DNA from: an uncultured delta proteobacterium
GTDB lineage: Bacteria; Desulfobacterota; Binatia; UBA9968
Assembly (NCBI GenBank): GCA_963727625.1
Contig: CAVSHR010000002.1
Span: 672,001-736,000 of the forward strand
Reading direction: 5' to 3'
Length of the DNA: 64,000 nt
The position numbers were made by a program, and so were the translations under genes. The notes beneath the pieces are model-generated. The model did not search any database. It was not told the DNA's origin and worked only from the letters and a program-made list of their open reading frames with translations. Below are positions 1 through 10,195 of the stretch, in pieces (the stretch's first letter is position 1; each line of letters opens with the position of its first letter).

Positions 1-714
1 TGGGATCGAATTCAAAAAATTCACCGGGATCGAGTCGATGTCCATGGCTCGCAGCGTCAGCGCCAAGTCGATGATGTCCTGGTCGCTCTCGCCCATGCCG
101 ATGATGCCGCCGGAGCAGGTGCCGATGCCGGCGTGCTTGACGTTTTCAAGGGTGGCGACTCGGTCGTCGTAGCTGTGCGTCGTGACGATATCGGGATGGT
201 GCGCGCGGCTGGTATTCAGGTTGTGATTGACCCGGCCGACGCCGGCGTCCTTGAGCTTGAGCGCTTTATCCTCGCTCATCAGGCCGAGCGAGCAGCAAAT
301 ATTGATCCCCACCGTTTCGCGGATCTCGCGCACCGCTTCGGCGATCTCGTCGATCTCCTTGTTGGTCGGGCCCCGTCCGCTGTTGACGATGCAGTAGCGC
401 ACGGCACCCGCGGCTTTGGCGGCCTTGGCGCCTTCCAAGAGTTGTTTTTTCGACATGAACGGGTAGCGGTCGATGGGCGCGTCGGACACCGAGGATTGCG
501 AGCAATAGTGGCAGTCTTCCGGACAGAGGCCGCTCTTGGCATTCTGCAGGACGTGAATCCGCACCCGCTTGCCGTAGTAATGACGGCGCACCTTGAACGC
601 AGCGCTCAGCAGTTCCGGTAATTGTTCCTCGGAAGCGTCAAGCACCGCTTTCAATTCATCCCGTTCCGGGATGATGCCTTGCAATGCCTTGTCCGCGAGT
701 TCCTGAAAATTCAT
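1..714 (-). CDS. bioB: Biotin synthase (radical SAM), 3' end beyond window edge
   Basis: Manual translation from ATG at 714 (GGAGG upstream): MNFQELADKALQG...NAKSGLCPEDCHYCSQS (CxxxCxxC)...NHNLNTS...CSGGIIGMGE...IPVNFLNSIP. The frame is open to the window edge, so it is absent from the ORF track. Confidence 0.93.
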   Translation of the reverse strand, partial: MNFQELADKALQGIIPERDELKAVLDASEEQLPELLSAAFKVRRHYYGKRVRIHVLQNAKSGLCPEDCHYCSQSSVSDAPIDRYPFMSKKQLLEGAKAAKAAGAVRYCIVNSGRGPTNKEIDEIAEAVREIRETVGINICCSLGLMSEDKALKLKDAGVGRVNHNLNTSRAHHPDIVTTHSYDDRVATLENVKHAGIGTCSGGIIGMGESDQDIIDLALTLRAMDIDSIPVNFLNSIP

Positions 715-739
715 GCCGGCCTCCAAAACTAGCCAGTTT

Positions 740-1002
740 CTAACATGCGCGTTCCGACCTTGCAAATATGGCTTGGCGAGAACGAAACCTTCCCCAAGTG
801 TAAATAAAACCGGCCAAAATAAAATGAAAAAAAATCGGGATCATACCGCCCAACCAGCGCATTGCCGGGCGTAAGATCATCGTCAAAACGTAACGGGCGA
901 TCATGCTGCCGGCGTAAAGCGCGCTGAACCCGATCAGCGGGCGCGAGTGACGGGTCACAGGAGAGTCGCCAGTGCGAGAGCCGGACCGTGCAAAGGCGGC
1001 AT
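740..1002 (-). pseudogene. Disrupted small membrane protein
   Basis: ATG at 1002 overlaps the upstream stop (TGATG) and reads MPPLHGPALALATLL*. A hydrophobic C-terminal part (LIGFSALYAGSMIARYVLTM...IPIFFHFILAGF) is in another frame (740-958). Confidence 0.5.
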
Positions 1003-1775
1003 CAACGGATTGTTTTGACGACGGACGCGGGGTCGGGGCTCTCGACGACGAACATGCGCTCGCCGGCGTCTTCCAACGCCGTGCTCAGCAGCGCTGCTTT
1101 GAATTGCACGTCGCGGCCGCCGCGCGCCAAACTCGACTGAGACTTGCGCTCGAACCAACCGGGTTTCATCAGCCAGAGCGCCGGGGCGCCCAGTCGAAGC
1201 GAATCGCGCTTCTGCGCGTATTCGAGATTCAGGCGGCATAGGTGCGAATCGAGCTCATAGAGGAGCTGTTCGAGGCACTCGTGGGCCGGACTAGCGCCGT
1301 CAAACTCCACCGAGAAGACATAGCGCGACTGGTTGACATCGGCGCAGGCGCGGAAATGGCGCACCGGCAGGCTGGTTGCGGCTTGGGCGTGGGCGAGCGC
1401 CTGGATCACCTGATCGACATGCAGTTTCTCGCCGGTGACGCTGGTGACGTCGCGACCCTTGCGAATGAATTCAAGCAGCGGGGTGCGGTTGTAAAAACCG
1501 GGGATGCGAACCACGTCGTTGATATCGTAGCGGTAGAGGCCGCCGGGCGTCGTGAGAACGATATAGTATTCCTTGCCCACTTCCAGTTCAGCACAGCCAA
1601 GCGGCGTGGCGGTGGCGTTGCCGAATTCGCTCTCAGGAATGAATTCGTAAAAATTGGCGCCGATATCCCGTATTCCCGCCGAGCCCGAATCGGCAATCGG
1701 TAGGGTGATCTGCGCCTCGCTGGCCATGTAGCCCAGGTCGCGCACCGGCGTTGCTTCATCGAACCAAAGACTCAA
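1002..1775 (-). pseudogene. GH3 auxin-responsive promoter family (acyl-adenylate ligase), C-terminal half only
   Basis: GYMASE, FYEFIP, YYIVLTTPGGLYRYDINDVV and GEKL motifs. Only 257 aa versus about 500-550 aa typical; TTG start with no evident RBS. Confidence 0.75.
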
Positions 1776-2025
1776 TCATCACGCCTTCCTCGGCGTGGCG
1801 GATGTCGACTTCGGAGTGAAGCGCAAACCAGCGGAGCGCGGCGTTCGCGGACGCGTAACGGCTTGTCAGTGCGCCGGCGATTTCGCCGGAGCAGCGCGAC
1901 AGGATGAATTCGAAACTCATGGTTTCGAGCAGAACCGACAAACAAAGCTCCCGTGGAGTCGCTACCGGCGCCCGCGCGGCGCAAAAGGGCAACCCGCTGG
2001 CGCGCGGCGGCGGTTGTATTTTCAC
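1756..2025 (-). pseudogene. Fragment of heme-oxygenase-like diiron enzyme (HDO; TenA/PqqC/UndA-like)
   Basis: LETMSFEFILSR...RWFALHSEVDIRHAEEG contains HxxxDxxH plus an upstream Glu. The same motif (LHADVDVEH) is in the intact HDO at 47979-48755. Confidence 0.55.
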
Positions 2026-2036
2026 TGAAGTGATCC

Positions 2037-5000
2037 TTACGCGACCGGTGTTTGTGAAAATTCCCGGGCCATCGCTTTGATTTTCTTCAGATCCACTTTG
2101 CCAGAACCGAGTAGCGGCAGCGAGTCGATAAAGTGAAGATTCTCCCGTTTGGGAATCCACAGCTTCGGCAGCTCCGAGTGATTCAACTTGTCCCACAGTT
2201 CTTCTCTGGTGATGCCGTTTTGAGCGTAGAAGGCGATCAGTTTCTCGCCCCGCTGTGCGTCGGGTAGCGCGACGACGACGGAAGCAGCGCTGCCCAGCGT
2301 TGCATTCATGATCTCTTCGATCTTCATATGCGGCACCATCTCGCCGCCGATCTTGCTGAAGCGCGAGATCCGGTCGGTGATCTGGATGAAGCCATCGTCG
2401 TCGACGGCGGCAATATCCCCGGTAACATACCAGCCGCGGCGCAAGGCTTGATCGGTGAGCCCCGGCTGGCCGAGATAACCGAGCATCAAATTGGGCCCCT
2501 TGACGAGCAAGAGGCCGGGTTCGCCGGGAGGAAGCGGCCCGTCGCGGTCCGGGTCGACGACCTTGACTGCGACACCGGGAAGCGGCCGCCCCACGGTACC
2601 GAGCTTGTGGCCGAGCTGTTTCTCCTTGCCGTCGAATACATCGGGGATATTGACGGCCACGACCGGCGCCAGCTCGGTGCAGCCGTAGCCCTCCAAAATC
2701 GTCAAGCCGAATTTTTCCTCATAGCTCTTGCCGGTCTGTTCGCGTAATTTCTCGGCGCCGGCGATCAAGTAGCGCAGTGAAGCGAACTCTTCTTTGGTAC
2801 AACGGCGCAAATACCCAGCGAAAAAAGTCGGCGTGCTGATCAGCAGCGTGGCGCGGTATTTTTGCACGGTTTCGCCGATGGTTTTGGCATCGGTGGGATT
2901 GGGGTGATAGACCGCGCCGAAACGGGCGAGCAGCGGCAGCCAGAGCGTGCCGGTGAAGCCGAAGGAGTGAAACAGCGGCAAAACCCCCATGATTCGGTCA
3001 TTCGGCATGAACTCAATCACTTGGCGGATCCCTTCGATGTTCGAAATGATGTTCCAATGCGACAGCATGACGCCCTTCGGCTCTCCTGTACTGCCGCTGG
3101 AAAAAATCACCGTCGCGAGGTCGTTGGGCCGTTGGTTCTTGAGATAGCGACGGTTGAGCAGGGACGACGGCACGAGAGCTGCTTTTAGCGCCGCTGCGAA
3201 TCTCTGCGCCGGTGTAAATGTCTTTCGCAGCTCTTCGAGATAGACCATGCCGTCGAGTTTCTCTAAACCGGCTTTGCTTAGAAATAACCGCGAAGTCACG
3301 ATGGTGATGATGCCGCACTGTGCCAATGCGGAGGCCATGGCTTCGCGTCCACTGGTGAAGTTCAAATTCACCGGGACTTTTCCGGCGAGAAGAATCGCGA
3401 TGTTGGCCAGCGAGCCGCCCACCGAAGCGGGCAGCAGCACACCCACCATCGACTCCGCGGCGCAGTATTTTTTCAACCAGTTCGAAAGCAGCAGGCTGCC
3501 GATCAATATTTTGCCGTAGGTGAGCTCCGTGCCTGTGGTGTCGGCCATGCAGAAGGAGGACCAGTGCCGCTTGGCGGTGGCGATAAATTTCGTGTGCAGC
3601 AGCTCGGCGGCGCTGTGGCGATACTCAAATGCCTTGCTCTCGAGCTCGAGCACGGCGTTGCGCACCTCATGGACCGTCGCGTTGGACGGCAGCGGCGGAC
3701 CGAAGGAGACCGTGACCGGATGGGGAAATTGTTTAGGCCATTTCCAAAAGAATCGGCCTTGATTGAAGCTGAAGATACTGCCCCAGAGTTGATCCAGGTG
3801 AACCGGTATGATTGGCACGCCGGTCCCCTCGACAATTTTTTCGAAGCCGCGCTTGAAGGGCAAGATGTGACCGGTGCGGGTGATCGCGCCTTCGGCGAAG
3901 ACACAGACGACATGGCCCTTGTCGAGCTCATTGCGCGCGTGCTTGAGCGACTGCACGATGTCGCGGCGGTTGCTTGCCGAAACCGGAATCGAGCGCATCA
4001 GGCGGAAGAACCAGTTCAATCCTTTGAGATCGTAGTAGTCACGGTGCAGCATGAAGCGGACAAATCGCGGCAAGGCGCCGCCGACCATGAAGGCGTCGAC
4101 GAAGGAAACGTGGTTCGACACCAGCAGCGCCGGGCCCTTCAGCGGCAGATTCTCCGCGCCGACGATCTTGATTCGGTACGCCGTGTGGGTGAATGCCCAG
4201 AGGATGAAACGCACGAAGTAGTCCGGCAGAAAATAAAGAATCACCGCAGTGCCGCCCAGGGTGAGCAGACCGGTCAGCAAAATGATGACATCCGGCGTGA
4301 GTTGGAGCGCGGATTTGAGAAACCAGTGAATCCCGGCGGCAAGAAAAATTCCCAGGGTATTCATGAAATTATTGGTCGCGAGCAACTGTCCCTTTTCCTC
4401 GCGTCCGGCCTTTTGTTGGAGAAAGGCATTGAGCGGAACCGCGAACAGGCCGGCAGAGAAACCCAGGCCCATCAGCGCGACGGCGGTGTGCGGATAGGAG
4501 GGCGTGGCCAGCGCGACCCAGCCCAAACACACGCCCATGGCCACCGAACCCAGGGGTACCAGACCCAGCTCTATGTGATCGCCGGAGAGTCGTCCCGCGG
4601 CCAAGCTCCCCAGGCCGATGCCGATCGCCAGGAATGTCGCGAGCAGTCCGATGTAAAACTCGTCGAGCCGGAGTAGCTCCCTGCCAAAGAACAACATGTT
4701 GATTTGCACCAGGGCGCCCAGAAACCAAAAGTAAGAAATGCCGATCACCGTGAGCCAGAGCGGCCGTTCGGCACGCAAGCGGCGCAGACCGTCGACGATT
4801 TCTCCGAAGGGATTGAGCCGAAAGAGCTTGGTTGCCCCTGACGGCCGCACCCGAACGATTTTAAGACTCGTCAATAAGCCAAGCACAGCGATGGCGATCA
4901 TCAACAGGCCGATCAGCGGCAGGTTGCGTTTCCACAACGCGAAGATCGCGCCGCCAGCGGAGGTGCCGAGGACGATCGCCATAAAGGTGCTCATCTCCAG

Positions 5001-5438
5001 CAGGCCGTTGCCGCGTGATAGATCGGCGTCGGGCAGCATTTCCGGCAAGATGCCGTACTTAGCCGGACTGAAGAAAGCGGCATGCAAACCCATGAGAAAG
5101 ACGATGGCAAGCATGGAATCGACATGGCCGGTGAAGAAGGCCGCGAGGGCCAAGAGCATGATGAGAATCTCGCAGAACTTCACGATCACCAAAATGCTTC
5201 TTTTGCTGTAGACGTCGGCCAAGTGGCCGGCGTAGCCGGAAAACAGCGCCGAGGGCAGCATGAATAAAAAGGCGATAAGCTCGACGTAACTACCCGTGCC
5301 GTTGATCGCCAGATCGAGCGCGACGAAGGAAACGACAATTTTTAAGAAATTATCGTTGAAGGCGCCGAGAAATTGGGTGCAGAAAAACGCGAAGAATCCC
5401 GGCTGTTTCAATGTGTCGATATATCTGCCGTCGTTCAT
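2037..5438 (-). CDS. aas: Fused MFS lysophospholipid transporter / acyltransferase / acyl-ACP synthetase
   Basis: N-terminal MFS (TQFLGAFNDN), PlsC motif NHVSFVD and FAEG, AMP-binding FSSGSTGEPKG, EGYGCTE and GKVD. Confidence 0.9.
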   Translation of the reverse strand: MNDGRYIDTLKQPGFFAFFCTQFLGAFNDNFLKIVVSFVALDLAINGTGSYVELIAFLFMLPSALFSGYAGHLADVYSKRSILVIVKFCEILIMLLALAAFFTGHVDSMLAIVFLMGLHAAFFSPAKYGILPEMLPDADLSRGNGLLEMSTFMAIVLGTSAGGAIFALWKRNLPLIGLLMIAIAVLGLLTSLKIVRVRPSGATKLFRLNPFGEIVDGLRRLRAERPLWLTVIGISYFWFLGALVQINMLFFGRELLRLDEFYIGLLATFLAIGIGLGSLAAGRLSGDHIELGLVPLGSVAMGVCLGWVALATPSYPHTAVALMGLGFSAGLFAVPLNAFLQQKAGREEKGQLLATNNFMNTLGIFLAAGIHWFLKSALQLTPDVIILLTGLLTLGGTAVILYFLPDYFVRFILWAFTHTAYRIKIVGAENLPLKGPALLVSNHVSFVDAFMVGGALPRFVRFMLHRDYYDLKGLNWFFRLMRSIPVSASNRRDIVQSLKHARNELDKGHVVCVFAEGAITRTGHILPFKRGFEKIVEGTGVPIIPVHLDQLWGSIFSFNQGRFFWKWPKQFPHPVTVSFGPPLPSNATVHEVRNAVLELESKAFEYRHSAAELLHTKFIATAKRHWSSFCMADTTGTELTYGKILIGSLLLSNWLKKYCAAESMVGVLLPASVGGSLANIAILLAGKVPVNLNFTSGREAMASALAQCGIITIVTSRLFLSKAGLEKLDGMVYLEELRKTFTPAQRFAAALKAALVPSSLLNRRYLKNQRPNDLATVIFSSGSTGEPKGVMLSHWNIISNIEGIRQVIEFMPNDRIMGVLPLFHSFGFTGTLWLPLLARFGAVYHPNPTDAKTIGETVQKYRATLLISTPTFFAGYLRRCTKEEFASLRYLIAGAEKLREQTGKSYEEKFGLTILEGYGCTELAPVVAVNIPDVFDGKEKQLGHKLGTVGRPLPGVAVKVVDPDRDGPLPPGEPGLLLVKGPNLMLGYLGQPGLTDQALRRGWYVTGDIAAVDDDGFIQITDRISRFSKIGGEMVPHMKIEEIMNATLGSAASVVVALPDAQRGEKLIAFYAQNGITREELWDKLNHSELPKLWIPKRENLHFIDSLPLLGSGKVDLKKIKAMAREFSQTPVA

Positions 5439-5792
5439 AAAGCTCTCTGGGCTCGGTCGGTACTATTTTTTTAATCCATTGGATGCGAATTTCAAGCAAT
5501 TTTTTTAATCACGAGTTAATGGCATTGTAACGTTGTCGTGACCATTGAGTTAGCCAAGCCGACCCAGGCGATCGTGCTCTTGAAACACGCTTGCGATTTA
5601 GCTTTTGTTCACACTGTCGAGGATGGGTGAAATCGACGCGCGCGTCTTCAAAACAAAGCTATGTCGGCATGGATTTCCCCAGAAAGTCCAATGCAGACTA
5701 TTCGACTCCAACCGCAAGTTTCCTGGTTACAATATCACCGTTTCGTGCCGGTGCTTGCAACGACGGATACTTGTCACCATAATCGTTCGGGT

Positions 5793-6566
5793 ATGGAATT
5801 TACTTGTCTTCAGGTGCCCGCGTGGCAAGAGTACCAGGGCCTGTTGCATGGTTTCACCGGCCGGCGCGGCGGCAGGAGTGTAGGACCTTACGCGGGGTTG
5901 AACGTTTCTTATCGCGTCGGCGACGATCCGAAGGTCGTGAGCCAGAATGTTTGTGATGTTAAGCTGGCCGCCGACATTCACGATGGCCGGATCGTCACCA
6001 TGCGCCAGGTGCACGGCGATCACATTGTCGAGGTGAAAGACAAGACCCTGAAGGAGGCGGGCGAGGCCGACGGCATGATCACCGGCAAGCCTGAAATATT
6101 TCTCGCCGTGTTAACCGCCGACTGTGTCCCGCTGTTGTTCGTGGCGCCGAGACAGAGGTTGGCCGCCGCCGTTCATGCGGGATGGCGTGGCACATTGGCT
6201 GGGATCGCTGAAAAAACGGTTCGGCTATTCAATGAAAATTATGGTGTCGAAACTGATGATCTGGAGGTCGCTCTTGGTCCAGCTATCGGGGTTTGCTGTT
6301 ACGAAGTCAAAGACGATGTTTCAGGGCCATTGATGAAAAAATGGGGCAAGTTGACGACCCCGAGCGTCTCGGTCAAAGAAGGAAAGACGTTTGTCAATTT
6401 ACGCCGCCTCAATCGAGATATTCTCCGGGCATCCGGCGTGCCGGGAAAACAACTCTATGAAGTCGGCCCTTGCACGAGCTGTGCGCCGGAGGTATTTTTC
6501 TCCTACCGGCGGGCAGGCAGCGAAACCGGCCGGCAGATGAGCTTTGTCGGATGGCAGCCCGTCTAA
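5793..6566 (+). CDS. pgeF: PgeF/YfiH purine nucleoside phosphorylase-like protein
   Basis: QVHG, ADG, TADCVP, HAGWRG and FFSYRR motifs. Start at ATG 5793 preferred over 5661. Confidence 0.9.
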   Translation: MEFTCLQVPAWQEYQGLLHGFTGRRGGRSVGPYAGLNVSYRVGDDPKVVSQNVCDVKLAADIHDGRIVTMRQVHGDHIVEVKDKTLKEAGEADGMITGKPEIFLAVLTADCVPLLFVAPRQRLAAAVHAGWRGTLAGIAEKTVRLFNENYGVETDDLEVALGPAIGVCCYEVKDDVSGPLMKKWGKLTTPSVSVKEGKTFVNLRRLNRDILRASGVPGKQLYEVGPCTSCAPEVFFSYRRAGSETGRQMSFVGWQPV

Positions 6567-6737
6567 TTCTTGTCGGCGCATCTGGAGCTGCAACGGCAAC
6601 CCGAGTCTCTCTGCCGGCATCTTTTACCGAAACAGACAATACGGCCTTTCCTTATATTCGCGTTTATATTAAGTAGTTCTTCGTGAGCGCCAGCGCTATG
6701 GCTCGCTTCAATCAGAGGTCATTGGGGAGGCATCCTT

Positions 6738-7700
6738 ATGGGAATAAGTCGCCGGAGTTTCTTGGCTAAAGTCAGCGTTGGCATTGCGGCTCTACCGTTT
6801 GCGGAAGGTTTTAGCTGGGCGCAAACCAAGAGCAAGCTTGGCTACATGAAGATCGTCGATTGTTCGCCGATGTTCATGGCGATGGAGAAGGGTTTTTTTA
6901 AGGCCGAAGGATTGGAATTGAAAACCGTGCCGATGGCTGGCGGCGCGGTGATCGTGCAGGGTGTGACATCGGGCGATTTGCAGTTTGGCTGGACCAACGT
7001 GATTTCCCTTTACCAGGCTTACGTCGAAGGTTTTGATTTTAAACTGGTCGCGGGCGGCGCGACCAACGTGCGCGGCACCAATGATACCCACGCCATCGAA
7101 GTCTTGAAAGATTCTCCCATCAAACGAGCCAAAGACCTCGAAGGCAAAACCGTCGCGGTCAACACTTTGAACAACATAGTTCACTTGATGGCGATGGCCT
7201 GGGTGGACAAGAACGGCGGCAGCTCGGCCAAAGTCAAATTCATCGAGCTGCCGTTTCCCCGGATGGAAGCCGCTCTCGTGGCCGGCAAGGTGGATGCGAT
7301 CAGCGTGCACGAGCCCTTCGCCGCGGCGGCGGCGCGCAAAGCGGAGATTCGGGTGCTGGCGAATCCATGGGGCGATGTCGCGCCAAAGTTTTTGATTGCC
7401 AGTTGGTTCGCATCGGAAAAATGGGTACAGAAGAACAGAAAAACCGCCGAAGCCTTCGTGCGTGCGCTCAATCGCGGCATTGACGCAATTCATGCCGACA
7501 AAGAAGGCGCGCGCGCTGCCATGATTAAGTGGGCGGGGCTCAAACCCGATATGGTGGGAAAAATCGGCCTGCCGCTGTTCGACAAGACCCTGTCGGAAAA
7601 GGATCTCCAAGCCACCATTGACCTCACGTTCAAATACAAATTAATTTCGCGCAAGATCAAAGCGCGCGAAGTCATCAGCGGCATCGCGACTAAGGCTTAA
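6738..7700 (+). CDS. NitT/TauT/SsuA-family ABC substrate-binding protein, Tat signal
   Basis: SRRSFL twin-arginine motif; EKGFFKAEGL, DLEGKTVAV and GKVDA; GGAGG RBS. Confidence 0.88.
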   Translation: MGISRRSFLAKVSVGIAALPFAEGFSWAQTKSKLGYMKIVDCSPMFMAMEKGFFKAEGLELKTVPMAGGAVIVQGVTSGDLQFGWTNVISLYQAYVEGFDFKLVAGGATNVRGTNDTHAIEVLKDSPIKRAKDLEGKTVAVNTLNNIVHLMAMAWVDKNGGSSAKVKFIELPFPRMEAALVAGKVDAISVHEPFAAAAARKAEIRVLANPWGDVAPKFLIASWFASEKWVQKNRKTAEAFVRALNRGIDAIHADKEGARAAMIKWAGLKPDMVGKIGLPLFDKTLSEKDLQATIDLTFKYKLISRKIKAREVISGIATKA

Positions 7701-7731
7701 AGGAAAGATTTTCCAAAGGGGCGGCCTGGTT

Positions 7732-7750
7732 AACGGATTCAAAATCCGTT
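7732..7750. other. Short intergenic hairpin between SBP and ATPase genes
   Basis: AACGGATT-CAA-AATCCGTT perfect 8-bp inverted repeat. Confidence 0.35.
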
Positions 7751-7796
7751 GCCTCTACGCTCCAATGCTTCCGCGCTCTAATAGTTCCATTCTCCC

Positions 7797-8573
7797 GTGG
7801 CGATACTTGAGGTCCAAAATCTCGCCAAGAGTTATCGGCAAGCCGGCGGTGATGTCACCGAGGCGATCGGCAACATTACCTGCCAAATCGAGGCCGGCGA
7901 ATTCGTTTCGTTCGTCGGTCCGTCCGGCTGCGGCAAGACCACACTGCTAATGACCATCGCCGGCTTGCTCGCGTCGAGCTCGGGTCGCATTATCGTCAAC
8001 GGCAAAGAAGTGAACGGCCCGCCGGCGAACTTGGTATTAATCTTTCAAGAATACAACAAGTCGCTGTTCGCCTGGCGCACCGTGCTGGGTAACGTCCGCT
8101 TCGGTCTGGAAGCGCGCCGCGACCGCTCGGCCCGAGCCCTAGCCAAGGCGCGATCGCTGGTCGAACTCGTCGGGCTCAAAGGGTTCGAAGATCATTACCC
8201 CTGGGAGCTTTCCGGCGGCATGCAGCAGCGCGTGGCGATCGCCCGCGCGCTCGCCTACGAGCCCGAAATCTTGTTGATGGACGAACCCTTCGGCTCCCTG
8301 GATGCGCTGACTCGTTTGGAGCTTGAAGATAGCTTACTTGAACTCTGGTCGGAACTCAAAACGACGATCCTGTTTGTCACGCACGATATTGAAGAGGCGA
8401 TTTATCTCTCGGATCGGATCTGGGTTTTGAGCCGCAGGCCATCGCGGATCACCGAAGAATTGCCGATCGACTTTCCCCGCCCGCGCAACCAAGAGACGAC
8501 TCGCGCCGAAGCGCGCTTCATGGCAATGCGCAATGATATTTATCGCCGGATCAGCAATGCGGTGGCGCGGTGA
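7797..8573 (+). CDS. NitT/TauT ABC ATP-binding protein
   Basis: [23 protein letters not shown] and VTHD. Confidence 0.93.
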   Translation: MAILEVQNLAKSYRQAGGDVTEAIGNITCQIEAGEFVSFVGPSGCGKTTLLMTIAGLLASSSGRIIVNGKEVNGPPANLVLIFQEYNKSLFAWRTVLGNVRFGLEARRDRSARALAKARSLVELVGLKGFEDHYPWELSGGMQQRVAIARALAYEPEILLMDEPFGSLDALTRLELEDSLLELWSELKTTILFVTHDIEEAIYLSDRIWVLSRRPSRITEELPIDFPRPRNQETTRAEARFMAMRNDIYRRISNAVAR

Positions 8574-9349
8574 GCAGAAGCTGGCAATTTAATGGGTCCG
8601 GCTGGGCGAGCTTCGCTGGATTGTTGTTGCTCTGGGAATTGGCCGCGCGCGTCGCGCCCGGCTATCAACTGTATCTGCCGCCGATCAGTCGAGTTTTGGC
8701 GGCGCTAGTAATATCGGTATCATCCGGGCCGTTGATTAGACACCTCGGTGTTACCATCGTCCGGTTCGCGGAAGGCTATCTTCTTGCTGCGGCGATCGGA
8801 GTTGCGTTGGGTATCGCGCTTGGCTACTTGCGCTTTCTGCATCGCTTGGTGGAAATTGTGATCGAATTCTTGCGGCCGATGCCGTCGGTGGCGATCATCC
8901 CCGTCGCTATCCTGACGCTTGGCATCGGCGATTCGATGATCGTGGCGGTCACGGTATACGCCACCCTCTGGCCAGTCTTGATCAACACCATCGACGGTGT
9001 GCGCCAGATCGAAAGGGTGTTGATCCACACCGGGCAGACTTTCGGACTAAGCCCGCTAAAGCTCTTGTGGCAGGTGATTTTGCCGGCCGCCACACCCTAT
9101 GTGGTGACCGGGTTGCGCATCGGTTTGTCCATCGCGCTGATCCTCGTCACCACCGCTGAAATGCTTGCCGGCAGCAAAGGCGTGGGCTTTTTTATCCTCG
9201 ACGAAGAACGGTCCATGAACAGCGACACTATGTATGCCGGTATTCTGCTCGTGGCTGCGCTTGGTTACACGCTCAATCGCGTTTTTTTATGCGTAGAAGC
9301 TAGAACGATGAAGTGGCGTCGCGGCACGATTGCGCGGGAAGCGGCCTGA
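8570..9349 (+). CDS. NitT/TauT ABC permease
   Basis: [17 protein letters not shown] and [15 protein letters not shown]; GTGA overlap with the ATPase gene. Confidence 0.9.
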   Translation: MSRSWQFNGSGWASFAGLLLLWELAARVAPGYQLYLPPISRVLAALVISVSSGPLIRHLGVTIVRFAEGYLLAAAIGVALGIALGYLRFLHRLVEIVIEFLRPMPSVAIIPVAILTLGIGDSMIVAVTVYATLWPVLINTIDGVRQIERVLIHTGQTFGLSPLKLLWQVILPAATPYVVTGLRIGLSIALILVTTAEMLAGSKGVGFFILDEERSMNSDTMYAGILLVAALGYTLNRVFLCVEARTMKWRRGTIAREAA

Positions 9350-9350
9350 G

Positions 9351-10118
9351 ATGCGCGCGGGCAAATTGAACGGCCTGTTGTTTTTATTGACGCTGCTCGT
9401 AGCTTGGGAGCTGGCGGCGCATGCGGAGTGGCTCAATCCGCTGGTGGTGCCGCCGCTCAGCAGGATTTTACGGATCTTTTGGGATCAAGTCGCGTCGGGC
9501 GAGATCCCGCTGCAGATGCTTTTGAGCATGAAGCGCGCCGCCGCCGGTTATTTTCTCGCCGCCCTGGTTTTCATTCCGCTTGGGCTCTTGATGGGCTTGT
9601 CCGAGCGCGTTCATCGCGCCCTTGAGGTTGTCGTCGAAATGCTTCGCCCGGTGCCGCCGCCGGTGATGATCCCCGTCGCCATGCTGTTTTTTGGTCTCGA
9701 CGACGGGATGAAAATCTTCGTGATTTTCTTTTCCTGCGCCTGGCCGATTTTGCTCAATACCATCGACGGCGTACGCAATCTCGACTGGGTGCTGTTGAAT
9801 ACGGCTAAAACCTTTCGGCTGTCGCCCGGCAAGGTCCTCTGGCGGGTCATTCTCCCGGCGGCATCGCCGCAAATCATGACCGGCTTGCGCGTCAGTCTGC
9901 CGATCATGCTGATTCTGGTGGTGATCTCGGAAATGGTCGGCAGCACCGACGGCATCGGTTATTTCATTCTCGATTCGCAGAGAAGATTCAAAGTTGCGCA
10001 GATGTATGCTGGAATGCTGTCGCTGGCGATCCTCGGCTACCTGCTCAACCAGCTTTTCAATTTACTTCACCGCAGGCTGCTTTCGTGGCATTGGTGCACG
10101 ATGAGAAGGGGGGAGTAA
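9351..10118 (+). CDS. NitT/TauT ABC permease (second)
   Basis: LRPVPPPVMIP and ILPAASPQIMTGLR; ATG 9351 directly follows the previous stop. Confidence 0.9.
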   Translation: MRAGKLNGLLFLLTLLVAWELAAHAEWLNPLVVPPLSRILRIFWDQVASGEIPLQMLLSMKRAAAGYFLAALVFIPLGLLMGLSERVHRALEVVVEMLRPVPPPVMIPVAMLFFGLDDGMKIFVIFFSCAWPILLNTIDGVRNLDWVLLNTAKTFRLSPGKVLWRVILPAASPQIMTGLRVSLPIMLILVVISEMVGSTDGIGYFILDSQRRFKVAQMYAGMLSLAILGYLLNQLFNLLHRRLLSWHWCTMRRGE

Positions 10119-10186
10119 GGGAGTTTGGAGTCGTGGAGTGATGGGTTCTGGAAGCGTAGCACTTCAGTACTCCATCACTCCAATCT
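10112..10186. repeat. Inverted array of about 8-nt GGAGTNNN units
   Basis: GGAGTAAG GGAGTTT GGAGTCGT GGAGTGAT ... ACTTCAGT ACTCCATC ACTCCAAT, between convergent genes. Confidence 0.7.
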
Positions 10187-10195
10187 TCTGAGTGG

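Noticed and set aside
3564-4676. Long antisense ORFs (also 29283-30161, 33538-34545, 48866-49711, 63003-63932 and others)
   Set aside because: They are shadows of well-supported genes on the opposite strand in high-GC DNA and have no family motifs.
5661-5792. N-terminal extensions in the ORF track (pgeF; also 56119-56295 and 61642-61776)
   Set aside because: The extensions are not family-like, and downstream ATGs fit the expected family N-termini or RBS better.
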